The position numbers and the translations under genes were made by a program. Positions 46,901 through 61,430 of a stretch of DNA of 64,000 bases are shown here, in pieces; the first letter of the stretch is position 1, and each line of letters begins with the position of its first letter. Source of the DNA: Octopus vulgaris. Taxonomy: Eukaryota. Location of the stretch: the NCBI GenBank assembly GCA_951406725.2, contig OX597822.1, positions 112,840,001 to 112,904,000 on the forward strand, in the 5' to 3' direction. The notes under the pieces were generated by a model that made no database searches, was not told the origin of the DNA, and saw only the letters and a program-made list of their open reading frames with translations.

Positions 46901-49900
46901 GGAAACGAGTTACCTGTATGATGATGATTCGCGCAGGGTATCAAAATACCTAGATCATGACTGCTGCTCAATGCTCTATAAACACTGTAAAGGCTGTATG
47001 ACATGACATAGACAGCTTCAACGGAGACTACAAAGCCCTGGTCTGTAGAAAGGGACACAGCAGGCGTTTTGCCCGCGTCCGAACGCCAGATTCCGTCCCC
47101 GTATCTTCGAACAAGACCTTAAGCTCAATTCAGACCGCTATGTGAAGCTGCTGGAGATTGTGGTCGAACTCCGTCTGGAGAGGATCGCTGCTGGAAGGCC
47201 AGATGTATAGCAGCAGGATTAATTCCCTTGCCATATCCGGGTAAGAGTCAGAAGTGGTTGCAGAAGCGTTTCCCTGACTCTCCCGATTGTAATCCCATAG
47301 ATTACTGAGTCAGGGGTGGGGTGGGGCAGTTTCGAAAGACACCAATTCTCTGCCTGCAACACCCATGCTGAGCTGATGACCAAAATCAAGGAGGTGCTCG
47401 AAGATCATCACAGGAATAAGGAACGCGTGAGCCAGGTTCCGGAGCCGTCTTTGGCATATGAGGACGGCTACTCTGAGTAAGTTATTATTTCCTACCCATA
47501 GTCAAGTTTATTTCATTTTAGATACTTTCATTTTTGGATGGGGTATTGTGTTTCCTTTTCCTTTTATGCAAACTATCAAATATAGCCCAAACAGCTTGTA
47601 TACGGCAGCAATTAGAATATTCACGTTCGAATCAACTACAACATATTAAAAATGAATATCTACATCATTGTTCACACTTTCGCTGTGTATTTGATTTATA
47701 GTTAGAATTGCTTTCTTTATTTAGCTCCGGGTGAGCTCTGGTCTTATGAGGTTGTTTACCAGTTTATCTCATGATGCAATAAAGCATTTTTTGAACTGTT
47801 AAAGTGTGATGTGAGAATTTAGCTTCTATTTCTAGCAGACTAGGAGACCACATAGAGGCTCCTCAGTAACTCCAAATTACTATTGCGATATGACTGGTCA
47901 ATAATTTGTAAGATGTCAGCTGAAAACCCATTTAACACTCAGTACTTCAGTCTATAGCAGTGTGTCTGGACCAAACAGTTATTTCAAATTTAAACAATTT
48001 GCCGTGTAGGAAACTCATTAATATTACAAATTAAACCTAGATGAGCAATGATCAGTCTAATAGGGGACATGTGAGATCCACTGGAGACACGAAACTGTTT
48101 TGAAGGGAAATTTCAGTATTCAAGTGGATCTAGGTTTTTGTAGATGATGTGATCAGAGTATGTTTGGTGTTATTTGCTTTGAAAGAAAAATCTACAATCT
48201 TTATTTATAATCTTGTTTTACTTCTATGCAGTATTGTCTTGTAATTGTATTTTAAAATTTATGCTGAATACTCAAATATTAATTCATGTTGTTTGACTTG
48301 GAAACATCTGCAAGTCATTTGTGCAGCAAGTTTGCATTTGCACAAACTTGTATATCTCAATTATACTTTCTTAATGAATCGATTTTTGTCTTGTGTAGTT
48401 CAAATTCGAATTAACTTCCTGTTTTCTGAATAATTCCATGATTACAAGGTCTTGCAAAACATCATTGACTCATGATCCGTCATACATATTCTTGTTTGAA
48501 AGACGTTCTTTTTATGTCAAAAGCATTAATAGTCGAAGCGATACGTGAAAAGCATTTATGTTGAAAGCATTACGTTATCGAAGCGATGAAATATAAAACC
48601 TTATCCTTCTTCAAGAAACAGTATCACATTTTTGAAGTTATATTACTCTTGAGGATTTTTAAAGATATTTTCTCTGCTAAAATATTTTCTCTGCTATAAT
48701 ATTTTCTCTGCTAAAATAATAGTGTCACATGACACTAAAAATATCGAGATGCACATTCTTCCTCGTGGCAACAAAACTCATCATCCCCATCACATGCTTC
48801 TGTGAATTGTTCTATAGAATGGCGAACTTGAGGAGCAGTAAGAAGCAAGCTCTTTAACATGATATATTTTCCACTGATACTAATCACTCGACCAAATCCT
48901 TTCAATCCTGACTGTTTGAAATCTTTCATGATTTGAGGGTGTAGTCTTTATGATTCCTGAATATAATGTTATATAAATTTCGATAAAACATCGAGATCAG
49001 TGACTTTTCGTCACTGGAAAAAGTATAAATATTTGCATTGAGAACCACTTCCCATCGCCAACCGGTGATTGTCACGCGTTGATGACGGGTCAATACCCAG
49101 AAACTCGGGTCCGGGTGTGTCACGCCAGACTGGAGATGGGAACGATGACTTCCCTTTGCAAATACTGATAGGGCACAGAGTGTGACAATAGCCAGCTGGA
49201 GGAGATGCCTTCTTGGGGCTACAAGCTACAGTAGCATCAACCCTTATGGGTTAGCCACATTTAGGTGGCAAATATACTTCCCGATTTTTAAAGTTTTATC
49301 CTTAAATATTTCATTTGCGTCTAAAGTTTATGCCTTCTAATAGATGAACAATTAAATAGTGTTGGAAACAAAGCTATCGTATAACTCACAAGAGTTTCGT
49401 TTCATTGCAACTCCGAGTCCAAACCCAGGAGAATGTGGAGAATCGACTTTGTGGCCACTTTTCTGAGATATTTGAATTCATTGACGTCAATAATGCTATC
49501 ACTTATTTATGGGTTTCTCTGATTAGGTAGTCATACAACGCATCACTTCAGGTGTTTGACTAAATTCGATTCTCCAGATTTAAAGGATATTTTATGATAC
49601 TTATTCATTTTCTAAAAGCATTAAGGACATAAACAAAATAAAATAAAACTGGTAATCAGAACTACATCCAAGACTCGGTTCGCCGGAAGCTTATTTCTGG
49701 TTTGCTAGCATTTACTAGGAAAATAAGCGAAATAAGAAAATAAGCATTGCAAACTTACCATCAATTGTATCAACCACAAAGAATTTCATGTAACCAACGC
49801 TAACAGAGAGCACAATGCCTCCAAGGAAAATGGTAATTGCTGAAGTCACCGCTGACTGGGCTTCTATTGATCTTGTGGAACATATTACAGAATAAAGTAT

Positions 49901-52900
49901 TAAACTACCAATGCAAAATGGTGTCGTGTATAGACATGATAAACCGAAGAGGATATCCAAAGAGATCGTGAGAACAACAACGGTCGTTCCTGGTGATAAC
50001 ATCACTAACAGAAACATTTGCAGGATATAAATGATATAAATTAAAGTGAAGGTTGAATTATTTTGCGTCAGTCGTCTGATGTTGCCAAAAACGAGAATTA
50101 AATTTGACATTTCTGAGAGAACCCAGCGCTTTCTCTGTTTAAGAAATTCAAGAAAAGTATCAGGACAGAATGTTGAGTTGTGTGAATATGACGAATATTC
50201 TAGCTTCCAGCCTTTTAACATCATTAAGGTACATAACCAGCGATCTTCACCTGCAAACAAAGAATATATTAACAGATAATTTGTTTATAGGACTTCACAT
50301 ATTTTAATTACATTTAGCTACAATCTTCCATAATAAATATTGAAAATTTGCAATTAAGATTGTTGCTTTAAACTTTCCAAAGTGTAAAAAAATATCAGTT
50401 ATGTTGATAATTGTAAAGAGTTATGCAAAGTAGTTTGTGTTGTCCCTTCTCGAGATTTGCCTGGCTCATAAGGGCCGGTTTCCCGGTTTCCTTGACGTAT
50501 AAGTTCCCCACCTGGACGGGACGCCGGTCCATCGCAAGTGAGCTGCTAGATGCAAGAGGAAAGTGTGAGAGAAAGTTGTGGCGAAAGAGTCAGCAGAAGT
50601 TCGCCATTACCTTCTGCCAGAGCCGCGTGGAGCTTAGGTGTTTCACTCATAAACACACACACCACCCGGTCTGAGATTCGAACTCGCGATCCCTCGACCG
50701 CGAGTCTGCTGCTCTAACCACTAGGCCATGTGCCTCTACAATGCAAAGTAATTGTAGTAGTTTCAATAGGTTATCAAAACTGAATTTTTAAGTGTAGAAA
50801 TAAAGCTAAATGATGTAAAATAAAATTTCTATAGTAGATAATGCATACCTAACATTCGGCAAGCCTCTACCAAAAGATCAAATATAGAAAATAAATCGAT
50901 TATCCAGAAAACAATTATTCTTATTAATATTAATAGAATAATTCCAAATAATATACATAGAATTGAATGTTTTGTGCTATATTTTGTGAATATAGCCAAA
51001 TGGTTTCTGTTACTGAGACTCAACACGCTATTCCGAGTGAGAATTGGCAGTTATGGAATTCATGTCTTTGACATATTAGTAACTGTGCATATCTGAGTAT
51101 GGTAGCTTGATTGAAGAAAGCAGGATTTAAGAAAGTTATATCTTAACATACTGTTGTAAAAAGTTCACCATTAGATAATGAATCCTTAAATATATAATGT
51201 GCTAGAAAATGACTGGTTGGCATGGCCGGAACGGTTTTGATAATAAGTCTGCTCAGTGGAAGTAGATAAAAAACTAATCAACAAAACAAAGTTATTACTT
51301 AAATGATTGTAATACAATCTGGAATAAAATTCGTGTAACTTACTAAGCGAGAACCCGTATTGTAATTTGCAACCGCCATTTCATTTCCCTGCATGCTAGT
51401 TACTGCATGCTAAGACTGCGTGCCTTCACCAGTCAGTTAAAGTGAGACAGTGTCACGTGACAACTTGCTGTGGCTGCCTGCTAGAGCCTAGCGGCAGGTA
51501 TCTAAAGGGAAAAATTTGACAAGTCAGTCAGTCACCGACTGACACTCGCTGACGATACATCGAAGAGGCCAGGGAACAGAAGAAGACATGCACCCAACTC
51601 CAGAGCTGAAGACACCTCCGAAAGGGAGGGAGCACATTAAAACGGTAGAGGAGTAGGGGCCGAAACCGGACGTGGTTCCTCCTGATGATGTCTTGAGCTA
51701 ACTGGATCCTATAAAGGAGCTGTTGTGGTAGCAGACCACGAAACACAGTTGTAATTCCTCCCTTACTAATTCATAAGTTTCCATTCGGTGATGAATTGTT
51801 TTCACAGTTGAGTATTATTAAAATTGTATATTAAATCGACTTTCCTTCATATGCACACATATTCTATGCACAACTATTACACATCATGAGTCTGATCTAA
51901 TCCTCTACTATAATCTTATAATATCAATATAACCACTATATATAACGTAATTCGTATTTGATGAGCATGAGATATCAAAACAGAAAACAAAACAAAGGAA
52001 TTCTTAATTGCATGTAGTATTTGAATTTTACCATGGTCTTTGACAAATACGTCAAACTCCGACTGAATTGGTTCACAATACGTATCCATGACATCTTGTA
52101 TTGCTGTGGCGCGATACAAACTGAAACAACCCGGACAACACATGACGCAGCCGATGACATTTTGCGAGCTCTTGATCATCCAGAAATCTAAAAACCGAAA
52201 ATTAAATGTTAATCAGTCAAAAAGTTAATCTTATCGTTTGTCATTATTTTATGTTATACTAGCAGTATCGCCCGGCGTTGCTTGGGTTTTTAAGGGAAAT
52301 AACTATATAAGCATTTTTAGAGAGTTACTTCCCTTATATAAACCGAACAAAAAAGGATTAAAAATGCGGAAAAATGATGGTAATTTTAAAAAAAAATCGT
52401 AGACTCATCGTAGACGCGCGCTAATACCCAGAAGGGCTCGATATGAATCACGACTATAAGATACCCGCTTTTGGTTAAACTGCACCGCAAAATGTGGGAG
52501 TAGTTAGGAATCTAAATCGGAGTAGACAGACACACACACACAACTACAGTTTTATATATAAAGATGTGTTGTCTTAGTTGCAAAACAGGGAGTTTATTTA
52601 TACACAGTATAGTGTTTGGCTACATGTGGCTACATGTGGAATGGTGATGATGTAAGGGCGTTTGCAGGTCCATAGAGAAGGAATGTTTTTGTTTGAATTT
52701 CGGAGCCATTCAACAAATAAAAACTAATCTTCTGTCTCGATAGAGCTCCCATCTATTTCAAGTAGCGTGGAGGCGTAATGGCCCAGTGGTTTGGGCAACG
52801 GACTCGCGGTCGTAGGATTGCGGTTTCGACTCCCAGACCGGGCGTTGTGAGTGTTTATTGAACGAAAACACCGAAAGCTCCACGAGTCTCCGGCAGGGAG

Positions 52901-55900
52901 TAGTGGCGAACCTTGCTGTACTCTTTCATAACAACTTTTTCTCACTTTTCTTCTTGTTTCTGTTGTACCTGTATTTCAAAGAGCCAGTTTTGTCACTCTC
53001 TGTGTCACGCTGAATCTCCCTGAGAACTACATTAAATGTACACGTGTCTTTGGAGTACTCAGCCACTTGCACGTTTTATTTCACGAGCAGGCTGTTTCGT
53101 TGATCGGATCAACTGGAATCCTCGTCGTCGCAACCGACGGAGTGCCACGAGTATTTCAAGTAGCTTTCCTCGCAGAAGGAATAGAGCCTACTTACAGTTA
53201 GGTAGAGACTAATATTAATTTCAAATTTTGACACAAGGCCAGCAACGCCGGGAAAGAGAGCAATTCGATAACATTGTCCCCAGTGCTCAACTGGTACTTA
53301 TTCTATCGACCCCGAAAGGATGAAAGGCAAAACCGACCTCGGCGGAATTTGATCTCAGAACGTAAAGACGGACGAAATGCTGCTAAGCATTTTTCACGGC
53401 GTGCTAACGATTCTACCAGCTCGCTGCCTTATGTAGACTGTAATATTGACAGTTTGGCAGTACCCGTAATGGGATACCTAACGGCCCATTTAATTTCTTG
53501 TACTCGGTTGAATCGATTGCTCTGACTGGACCATATTGTTTTGAATTAAGTGAACCGACTGTGACTTTCTCTGTTAAATACTTTGCTAATTACTTATAGA
53601 TGCATCCATTGCAAAATTAGAATTATACTTCGTTAAATTTAATTGTAAGTGACCTTTCTGAGAAAAATGGATCTATTATTCAGATTATGCAAGACTAATA
53701 TAGTAAAATATAAATTTTAAACTAAGGAAAGTCATAACATTGTTACTCATAATCTTATGCTAATTAATAAAATATTTTAGACTTTGGTCCAGTTCCACCT
53801 CCTAAAGGGAAGACATTTGTGTGTTTATAGTAGATGATGAAAAATTAATTCATGAATTAACAAGAGAATTAATCTACTGAATCTCTTGGTTTAGCTGTGT
53901 GTATGTATGTGTGTGTGTGTGTGCCATGTATAATAACAGCTTGCCATAGCTCCTCGTGACCTAAAGTTTCATGAACGCGTGGGACACATCCATCTCATCA
54001 GATATATTTATGTCTGATGAGTGTGTACGTGTGTATGTGTTCCTATACTTGAATGCATGTGAACGCGAGAAAGAGAAGTGAGTTTAGTCACTGATATACC
54101 TTTAGCATATTCAAACTTTTGGTACCAGACTACCGGAGTATTGCAGTGTCCTATTGGCGAGGTTCTACCACAAGCGCCTCCTATATTTTTATCACGATTG
54201 CAAAGGTCAATGAGTCGAGCAAGACTCTTGTCGTCAAATTCCATATCAGCGTCCGTGGCAAGTATGTAAGTATAGTCATCAAAATAACTGGAATTCAACG
54301 ATGATTTGTGCTGTGAGATTTCTGAAGCAGCTTTATAAGAAATCGGAAGCATTCTTGGAGACGGTTTTGAAATTGATGATATTGGCTCTGTCGAAGAATT
54401 CAGAGAATTTCTTTTGTTTTCTGTTTGTTTGGTGCTTTTACTGCAATGTTTCATATCATATTGCATCTTTCTATTCCAAAATGGTTTTTCAATCATGAAA
54501 TGTTTTGGCGTTAAGTCAAAACTATAGTTATAAATGGGGCTGAAGCAGTTAGTAGATGGGACTGGCGCAGATTTATCAGGACATGTCACTAATGGGGACA
54601 TTATTGGAAAGGAAACGGTTTTGCTAACAGATGATGTTCTGTCAGTCTGGGATATGGTTTGTCTTGTGTTCTTTACCTGAAGTGTTAAAGAATCAGAATT
54701 ATTCTTTTCTATACAACTATTTACTGGTTCCTTATTTATGACTGTGTGATCATCGTTCGATGAGGACACATCTGTGCTTTCATCTTCATTTCCAGAAGCA
54801 TCTATTATATCATCTTCAGATGTAATTCCCGGAGACAATTCCGAACTGTCTACCGATATTGCATTGGCAATTGACTGAATCCCTGATTCTTCACTTGAAG
54901 ATTCTTCACTTGTAATTTGAAAGGGTAACTCAGAATTTACCGTCATGTATCTGGAATATTGTCTTTTATTTAATAATTCTAAAACATTCGATACGGTCTG
55001 AATGATTGGTGCCTTTGAATATTCCGAATGCATCTTTTGTTTGCAGGAAGAGGCATCAATGTTCTCATATTGAACATTATAGTTCGATTTTAACAGACAT
55101 TGTAACTTTCCGAGTTCCATCTTTAAAACGGAAGAGGGATTTGATTGTCTCTTTTTATTTCTTATTGATTTCCCAGTATAATTTTCATTTTCTGATATTC
55201 TTCTGTTTGTCTCATCTTGTTTCAACGAGCCACTATGAAGTCGATCAGCTGAGCATTTTATATCACCTAACAAATATTCTGGCACACTTTCCATCGTATG
55301 AAAGGTTTGCCTGGCATCTTGCCTGAAATCTAAAATTTTACATCTATAGTTCAAAATATAATTCATATACATCACTTGACTCCAGCGTTTCTTTGCCTTA
55401 AACTTCTGACAATCCTTGAAGTGTACATAAAACTGGAAATCATTTGTTAAAGTCCAGTTCATTTGAACACCATATGGAGTGAGATACGTTTTTAAAGAGT
55501 TCAGTCTTATACTATCAAGGGATTTAATCAACGAAATAAGTGTCATCGAGTTCTTGGTAAGGCAATTATCTTTTGAACCGTTATCCATAAAAATGTGAGC
55601 TTCCTTGTAAACATATTGCAGATTTGGTGATTTCGCTACGTTATGCAAACTTTGTAAAAGTCTTTTCATTTCACTTTCTTTCTCATTATACATGGTGGTA
55701 CAGATAAATACTTTACTTTTGCACTTCGCTGTATTGAGGTCACCAAAGATCTCAGACTGTTGAGAGCAGCCAAAACCATCAGGGTAATAATTAAGAATTA
55801 AATACTGGTCAAGGAAAAGGGGAATCCAACTAAATTGTAGAAAGGATTCTTGGAATGGTTTCAGCAAGATGTCGCTTGGTCGCGTAAACGTTGCTCCGTA

Positions 55901-58900
55901 GATTAATAATGGCAAAAACCAAACTAATGCCGCAAGAATGGATGATACAATAATCCAAAGATTATAGTCGTTGCAATAATCTTCCTCAACTGATAAACAT
56001 TGTAATAAGTTGATTCCAATAACCGTCGGCATTGACATCATTGATGGAATTAGCATACCTGTCGTAGTGAGTCCCATCTATGTAAAAGAGAGAATACAGA
56101 TGGTGAATACTAGAAGCAAGATTAAAACTTGTGACAGTAATTTCTACAATTAGGACCATTATGTTAGAGATATTAAGTTATTTCACACAACTAACTTGAC
56201 AGATACGGTCAAGTATTGTATGAAATCTAATGAAGATTTTGTGAAATCTAATTGAACATTGAAATCTGAATTCAAATATTCGATAAACAGCTTCAGGATA
56301 TAGTTACACTTATTTGTCTATCGAAAAACCACTTTAGATGATAATAAGCAACTAGAACACGTAATCTCCCACTACATAATTTAAAGTGAGTCTGGAATGC
56401 CGCCGTTTTATCACCTTCGAGGCAAAAGTCCATTTGCTCGAGATCCTATCAGCCAATAACTTTTATAGCCATCAGCTGGAAACGTCCAATAAGTATTTAC
56501 TTTAATACCTCGGCAAAATTAATTGAGAGAAAAGGTAGTTCTGATTGTCGTGCTTAGAATATTGTCATAATTGGATGACTAAAACACTCCAGTATTGCGT
56601 AACTTGTTCTAAATGGCACTTTGGGCAATAGCAATGTATTCTGAATTCCATAAAGTGTTGTCGACATACTGAGTTTGTCAACTTCTTTATTTTTCAACCC
56701 AAAAGATTGTATTAACAACTGTATCAACAATATAAAATTGGAACTGAGGATCAATATTCTTCATATAATACTAATCGGAAAATGTCCCTGGGACACAAAG
56801 AATTATGGTGTGTCATAATCTCACTATAGGCTTTCGATGTATTTAATTCTAAAGCTATATAATGCTACAACTATATTTGATGCTAAAATTATATAATAGA
56901 ATGTATTTAAACTGTAAACAACTCTGAGTTAGTTTTAATGAGATCAATCAGTCTCGTAGAAAATTATTCGCTGGCTGCTCATGGGTTGCAAGAGAATCAC
57001 TTCACAGAAAAATAACGGTGGTATCCAGACTAAAGATAAAACGAGGGCGGACGATGGAATATTTCTTCCAAAGACAATTGCATTCTCATACGATACAAAC
57101 TATGCTAACAATAGAGTTCTTGGAATTATTTTAGTTATGACAAAATCCGTGCTGCATCTTTTGTCAGTGAACAGGTCGCGGTCTTATAGCGACGAAAATA
57201 TTTTGACAAATTAAACTTAAATGTTGAAGTGAATCGAACGGCTTTTTAGTTATGAATATCTCGCCAAATATCAAATTTATGATATTAGCTTTAAAATGAA
57301 TAAATCATCTAATTTTTCTGTTACCTTTGCACAAAGAAGTCCAGTTAAGACAACAAACATGCCGGCTAAAGAAATTAGGATCACAAGGATATACACGTGG
57401 AAATAGGAGAGCTGGTGAAATCCATCAGAAATAAAATCAATAAAATATAACGATCGCAGGTCTTTAAAACGTGTCAGGAGGACAATTGAAATGCAAAAAG
57501 GAACTGCGATTGTTTTCACAATTGCATACATCATTGAGGTTTTTCGGCGGCTGTCCATTCGACCATCCGAGGATCGATAAAAATCCACTTGTACTTTTGG
57601 TGTCCATAAAATGGATAATAGAAGGAGGATAATAGGTAAGAGAAAAACATGTAGGAGATGAAGTTTGTATGGAGACCAGGTAAAAAGGATTCCAGATATA
57701 ATTAATGGTATCAAAATACTCAAACAAAATATGGCAGGTTTTAAAGGAACTTTGGTCTTTAGATGATCGGGAGATGGGGACACTTTAAAGCCACCATTGT
57801 TAATACATTCGTCTTCAAGCAATTTTGTTTTCTGAAAAAGAAAAATGAAGTGTATATATCGGCATTGGATTTTATTTGATTAATATTATTATAGCAGAAA
57901 CATTGATTAATATTTAAAATGCACGAAGGATAAAAGTTTGAAACAAATTACTGTTAGAGAATATTTTGAATACATTCATTTAACAAGTGTAAAATTATAA
58001 AATTGAAAAACCCTATGATAATAGTTGCAGTGATGGCATTAGATCCGATATTATTGCTTTTTAACTCAAAGTCACCTTTGATTGAGCAGACACGGGATCG
58101 ATGGTATAATAGCAGAAACCACCCATTCTTTTGTATTACCATTTATTCCCTTATTTATTTAAAACTGTGGACTGTTATTTGTGGGAGATGTGAATGTTAT
58201 TTCTAGCAAGTTAAGCGACTACGTAGAGTCTGTTGGCTTGCAGGTACTGAATTAAGTGGCATTTCGAAACTATAACCTGTTTGGACCCTAATATAAAAAT
58301 TCGTGCTGTGATTCAAGCTAAAATATTCTGTGGCAGTTATGTTTTTGTCTTCTCTGGGATTACTGAAGGATTGCAACTCAGCACTGAGATCCCATCAAAC
58401 ATAAATCAAATATATAGTGTCGTTGTTGATTTGTTCCCAAGTTAGTCTGAATTGAGCAGTTCTATGGTGCGCCACAGTCGATCGATAGACGAGGCCCAAC
58501 CTACAGGCTCGTTTCCCTCTTGAACAATGTTTCCACTGAACTGAAGACTATACTACACACTCCATCATATGGAGTGTATTCCTGAGTGAATTGCGCACTT
58601 TCCGTTGTTCAACTTATTTCTATACACTTGTATCCGGTGCTGAATATAGGCGAAGTGGGTAAGGTGTACCTCAACTCTTATTGCTCGTAATATGCATTCC
58701 TGCAGAGTATTGCGGGTCAGAGTAGCTATCGATGATAATTGAGTGTGTGTTGTATCTGGAGTGTATTTCTCCCATTCGGATGAATGGGAGAAATAGTTTT
58801 GTTCTTATGTTATTGTAGTAATGACTGCAGTGTTGTATAAGTATATGTTTATCTGGAGGTAGTTTTCCCTATGGGGACAGGCATTGTGAGCAACAAGCAA

Positions 58901-59472
58901 TATCTCTTGCATATCTTGGTATTTAGTGTTTTGTAGTTTTGGTCCTTTGGTATGGTCCAGTACCATCTGTTATGATTTAGAGAGTACTGTTTTGTGTATT
59001 TTTGTTATGTCTTATAAGTTTATTGTGGATAGTTTAGGTCCAGGTAGGAGTGGTGCTGCTGGAAATTGTCAAGTGCTCTGTAGGCATAACATTTGAGGCC
59101 TTAGCATGGTTAGGTGTAGTTTTAGAGAGCTCAGTATTCATAGATTATCATTATGGGCAAAAGAAAAACACTCGCAGATAACCGAAACATGTAATCTTTT
59201 CTAGTTACATGTTTGATTATTTTCCGACCAAATCCCGTCTCTCCCCCGATAAAACCATTTCCATATTTTGTTCAAACATAAAAAAGAAAAGTTAGAGAAA
59301 ATAGCTAAATACTTACATTCGTTATTCTTCTTTGTTTAATATATTCGTTTATGGCAGGCACAGAGTACACTGATCCAGACAACAATAGCAATATATGGGC
59401 GGGAAAAAGTGGAGCGAACTCTATGAAGAGTACACTCAAACAGGCTACTTCCAGCAAACTGGCCAGAATACC
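42675..59472 (-). CDS. CHS: Chitin synthase (GT2), 5'-partial gene model: 8 exons, 4002 nt, 1333 aa in window
   Basis: In-frame GT-AG splicing. Motifs [65 protein letters not shown], ExxFW and LRN, plus many TM segments. Confidence 0.95.
43239..43314 (-). CDS. CHS: CHS small exon ([25 protein letters not shown])
   Basis: ctgtag| acceptor, |gtgaga donor; 76 nt reconciles phase 0 to phase 1. Confidence 0.78.
43350..43949. repeat. (TA)n/(TACATA)n compound microsatellite in a CHS intron
   Basis: Direct reading. Confidence 0.95.
44330..44830 (+). mobile_element. Highly decayed PLE-like RT remnant
   Basis: MDMKSL at ~44511 and IKMAP-like remnants at ~44690. Confidence 0.35.
45825..46241 (-). mobile_element. 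SINE family B dimer
   Basis: 17-bp TSD taatattacagatccct. Confidence 0.88.
46444..46655 (-). CDS. CHS: CHS exon (AALIHPKE...P.MYILL...WGTRES)
   Basis: ggccag| acceptor, |gtaagt donor, phase 1 in and 0 out. Confidence 0.92.
47060..47600 (+). mobile_element. Decayed Tc1/mariner-superfamily transposase C-terminus
   Basis: QQD..PCH and [11 protein letters not shown] remnants. Confidence 0.55.
49759..50250 (-). CDS. CHS: CHS exon (GEDRW, QRKRW, TM helices)
   Basis: tgcag| acceptor, |gtaagt donor, phase 1 in and 1 out. Confidence 0.96.
50441..50740 (-). mobile_element. SINE (C1-like head, tail T2)
   Basis: TSD atgcaaagta. Confidence 0.8.
52032..52187 (-). CDS. CHS: CHS exon ([26 protein letters not shown]...KDH)
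   Basis: tttag| acceptor, |gtaaaa donor, phase 1 in and 1 out. Confidence 0.95.
52259..52564 (-). mobile_element. Non-autonomous Helitron-like element
   Basis: 5' TC, 3' GC-rich hairpin plus CTAG, inserted between A and T with no TSD. Confidence 0.75.
52767..53151 (+). mobile_element. SINE family C (head C1, tail T1)
   Basis: tRNA-like head tggcccagtggtt...ggtttcgactccc; 13-bp TSD tatttcaagtagc. Confidence 0.85.
53230..53430 (-). mobile_element. SINE family B-related monomer
   Basis: Single head plus body. Confidence 0.75.
54100..56077 (-). CDS. CHS: CHS large exon (1978 nt): TMs, first half of catalytic domain, Ser-rich insertion
   Basis: atag| acceptor directly before ATG; donor AAAG|gtatat, phase 1. 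Confidence 0.93.
57160..57210 (+). ncRNA. Hammerhead-like motif with G3:C8 core swap
   Basis: tttgtca GTGAACA g gtcgc ggtcttata gcgac GAAA atat TT tgacaaa: 7-bp stem I, 5-bp stem II, palindromic loop III. Confidence 0.6.
57325..57831 (-). CDS. CHS: CHS exon, multi-TM N-terminal region (ends GLLCAK)
   Basis: tttcag| acceptor, AAG|gtaaca donor, phase 0; matches ORF 57277..57822. Confidence 0.88.
59317..59472 (-). CDS. CHS: CHS exon ([52 protein letters not shown])
   Basis: ttgtag| acceptor, |gtaagt donor, 52 codons, phase 0. Resembles the ExxxxxxLF.xxP...N/S.V..P TM block of animal CHS N-termini. Frame differs from the ORF track. Confidence 0.8.
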
Positions 59473-59869
59473 CTACAATAGCAGCAATGATAATCCATAA
59501 AAAGAAATGCAGAACGGAAATTGTTCGCAATGTTATGTAAACAGGTCGAAATTGATAACTGACTCTTAAAATGAAAATTTCATGTTTCAATATATTGAAC
59601 TACAAATGTTTCAGGCAAAGCGACTAAATTCTTAGCAAATCGAATCCAAAGCACACTTTTGATTTCCGACTGAAAAATAATCGCTTATTTAATTTGTGTT
59701 TTGCTGCAGCAAAAGCCGTGTCATTGAGATTTTTCACACATTCTATATAAAAAATATATTCTAAAGTAATGGAAACAAATGACGTAATACTTCATCCTAA
59801 ACCTGTCCATGGTGACCAACATTCACTAGAGACCTACGAATCTCATATGTTATTTACCAGAAGGCTCTC

Positions 59870-61430
<1,561 letters not shown>

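Noticed and set aside
51334-51760. Possible solo LTR
   Set aside because: A GC-richer patch, but no clear TG...CA ends with a TSD.
52767-52840. tRNA genes at SINE heads
   Set aside because: They run directly into SINE bodies with TSDs and lack proper acceptor stems.
54008-56077. Stand-alone 689-aa gene
   Set aside because: The ATG follows a splice acceptor and the frame continues through flanking exons; it is an internal CHS exon.
58440-59160. Possible minus-strand PLE RT remnant
   Set aside because: Only faint motif resemblance, not supportable without an alignment.
59336-59590. ORF-track frame as the CHS exon
   Set aside because: It stops before the donor; another frame is open between the splice sites and fits CHS.
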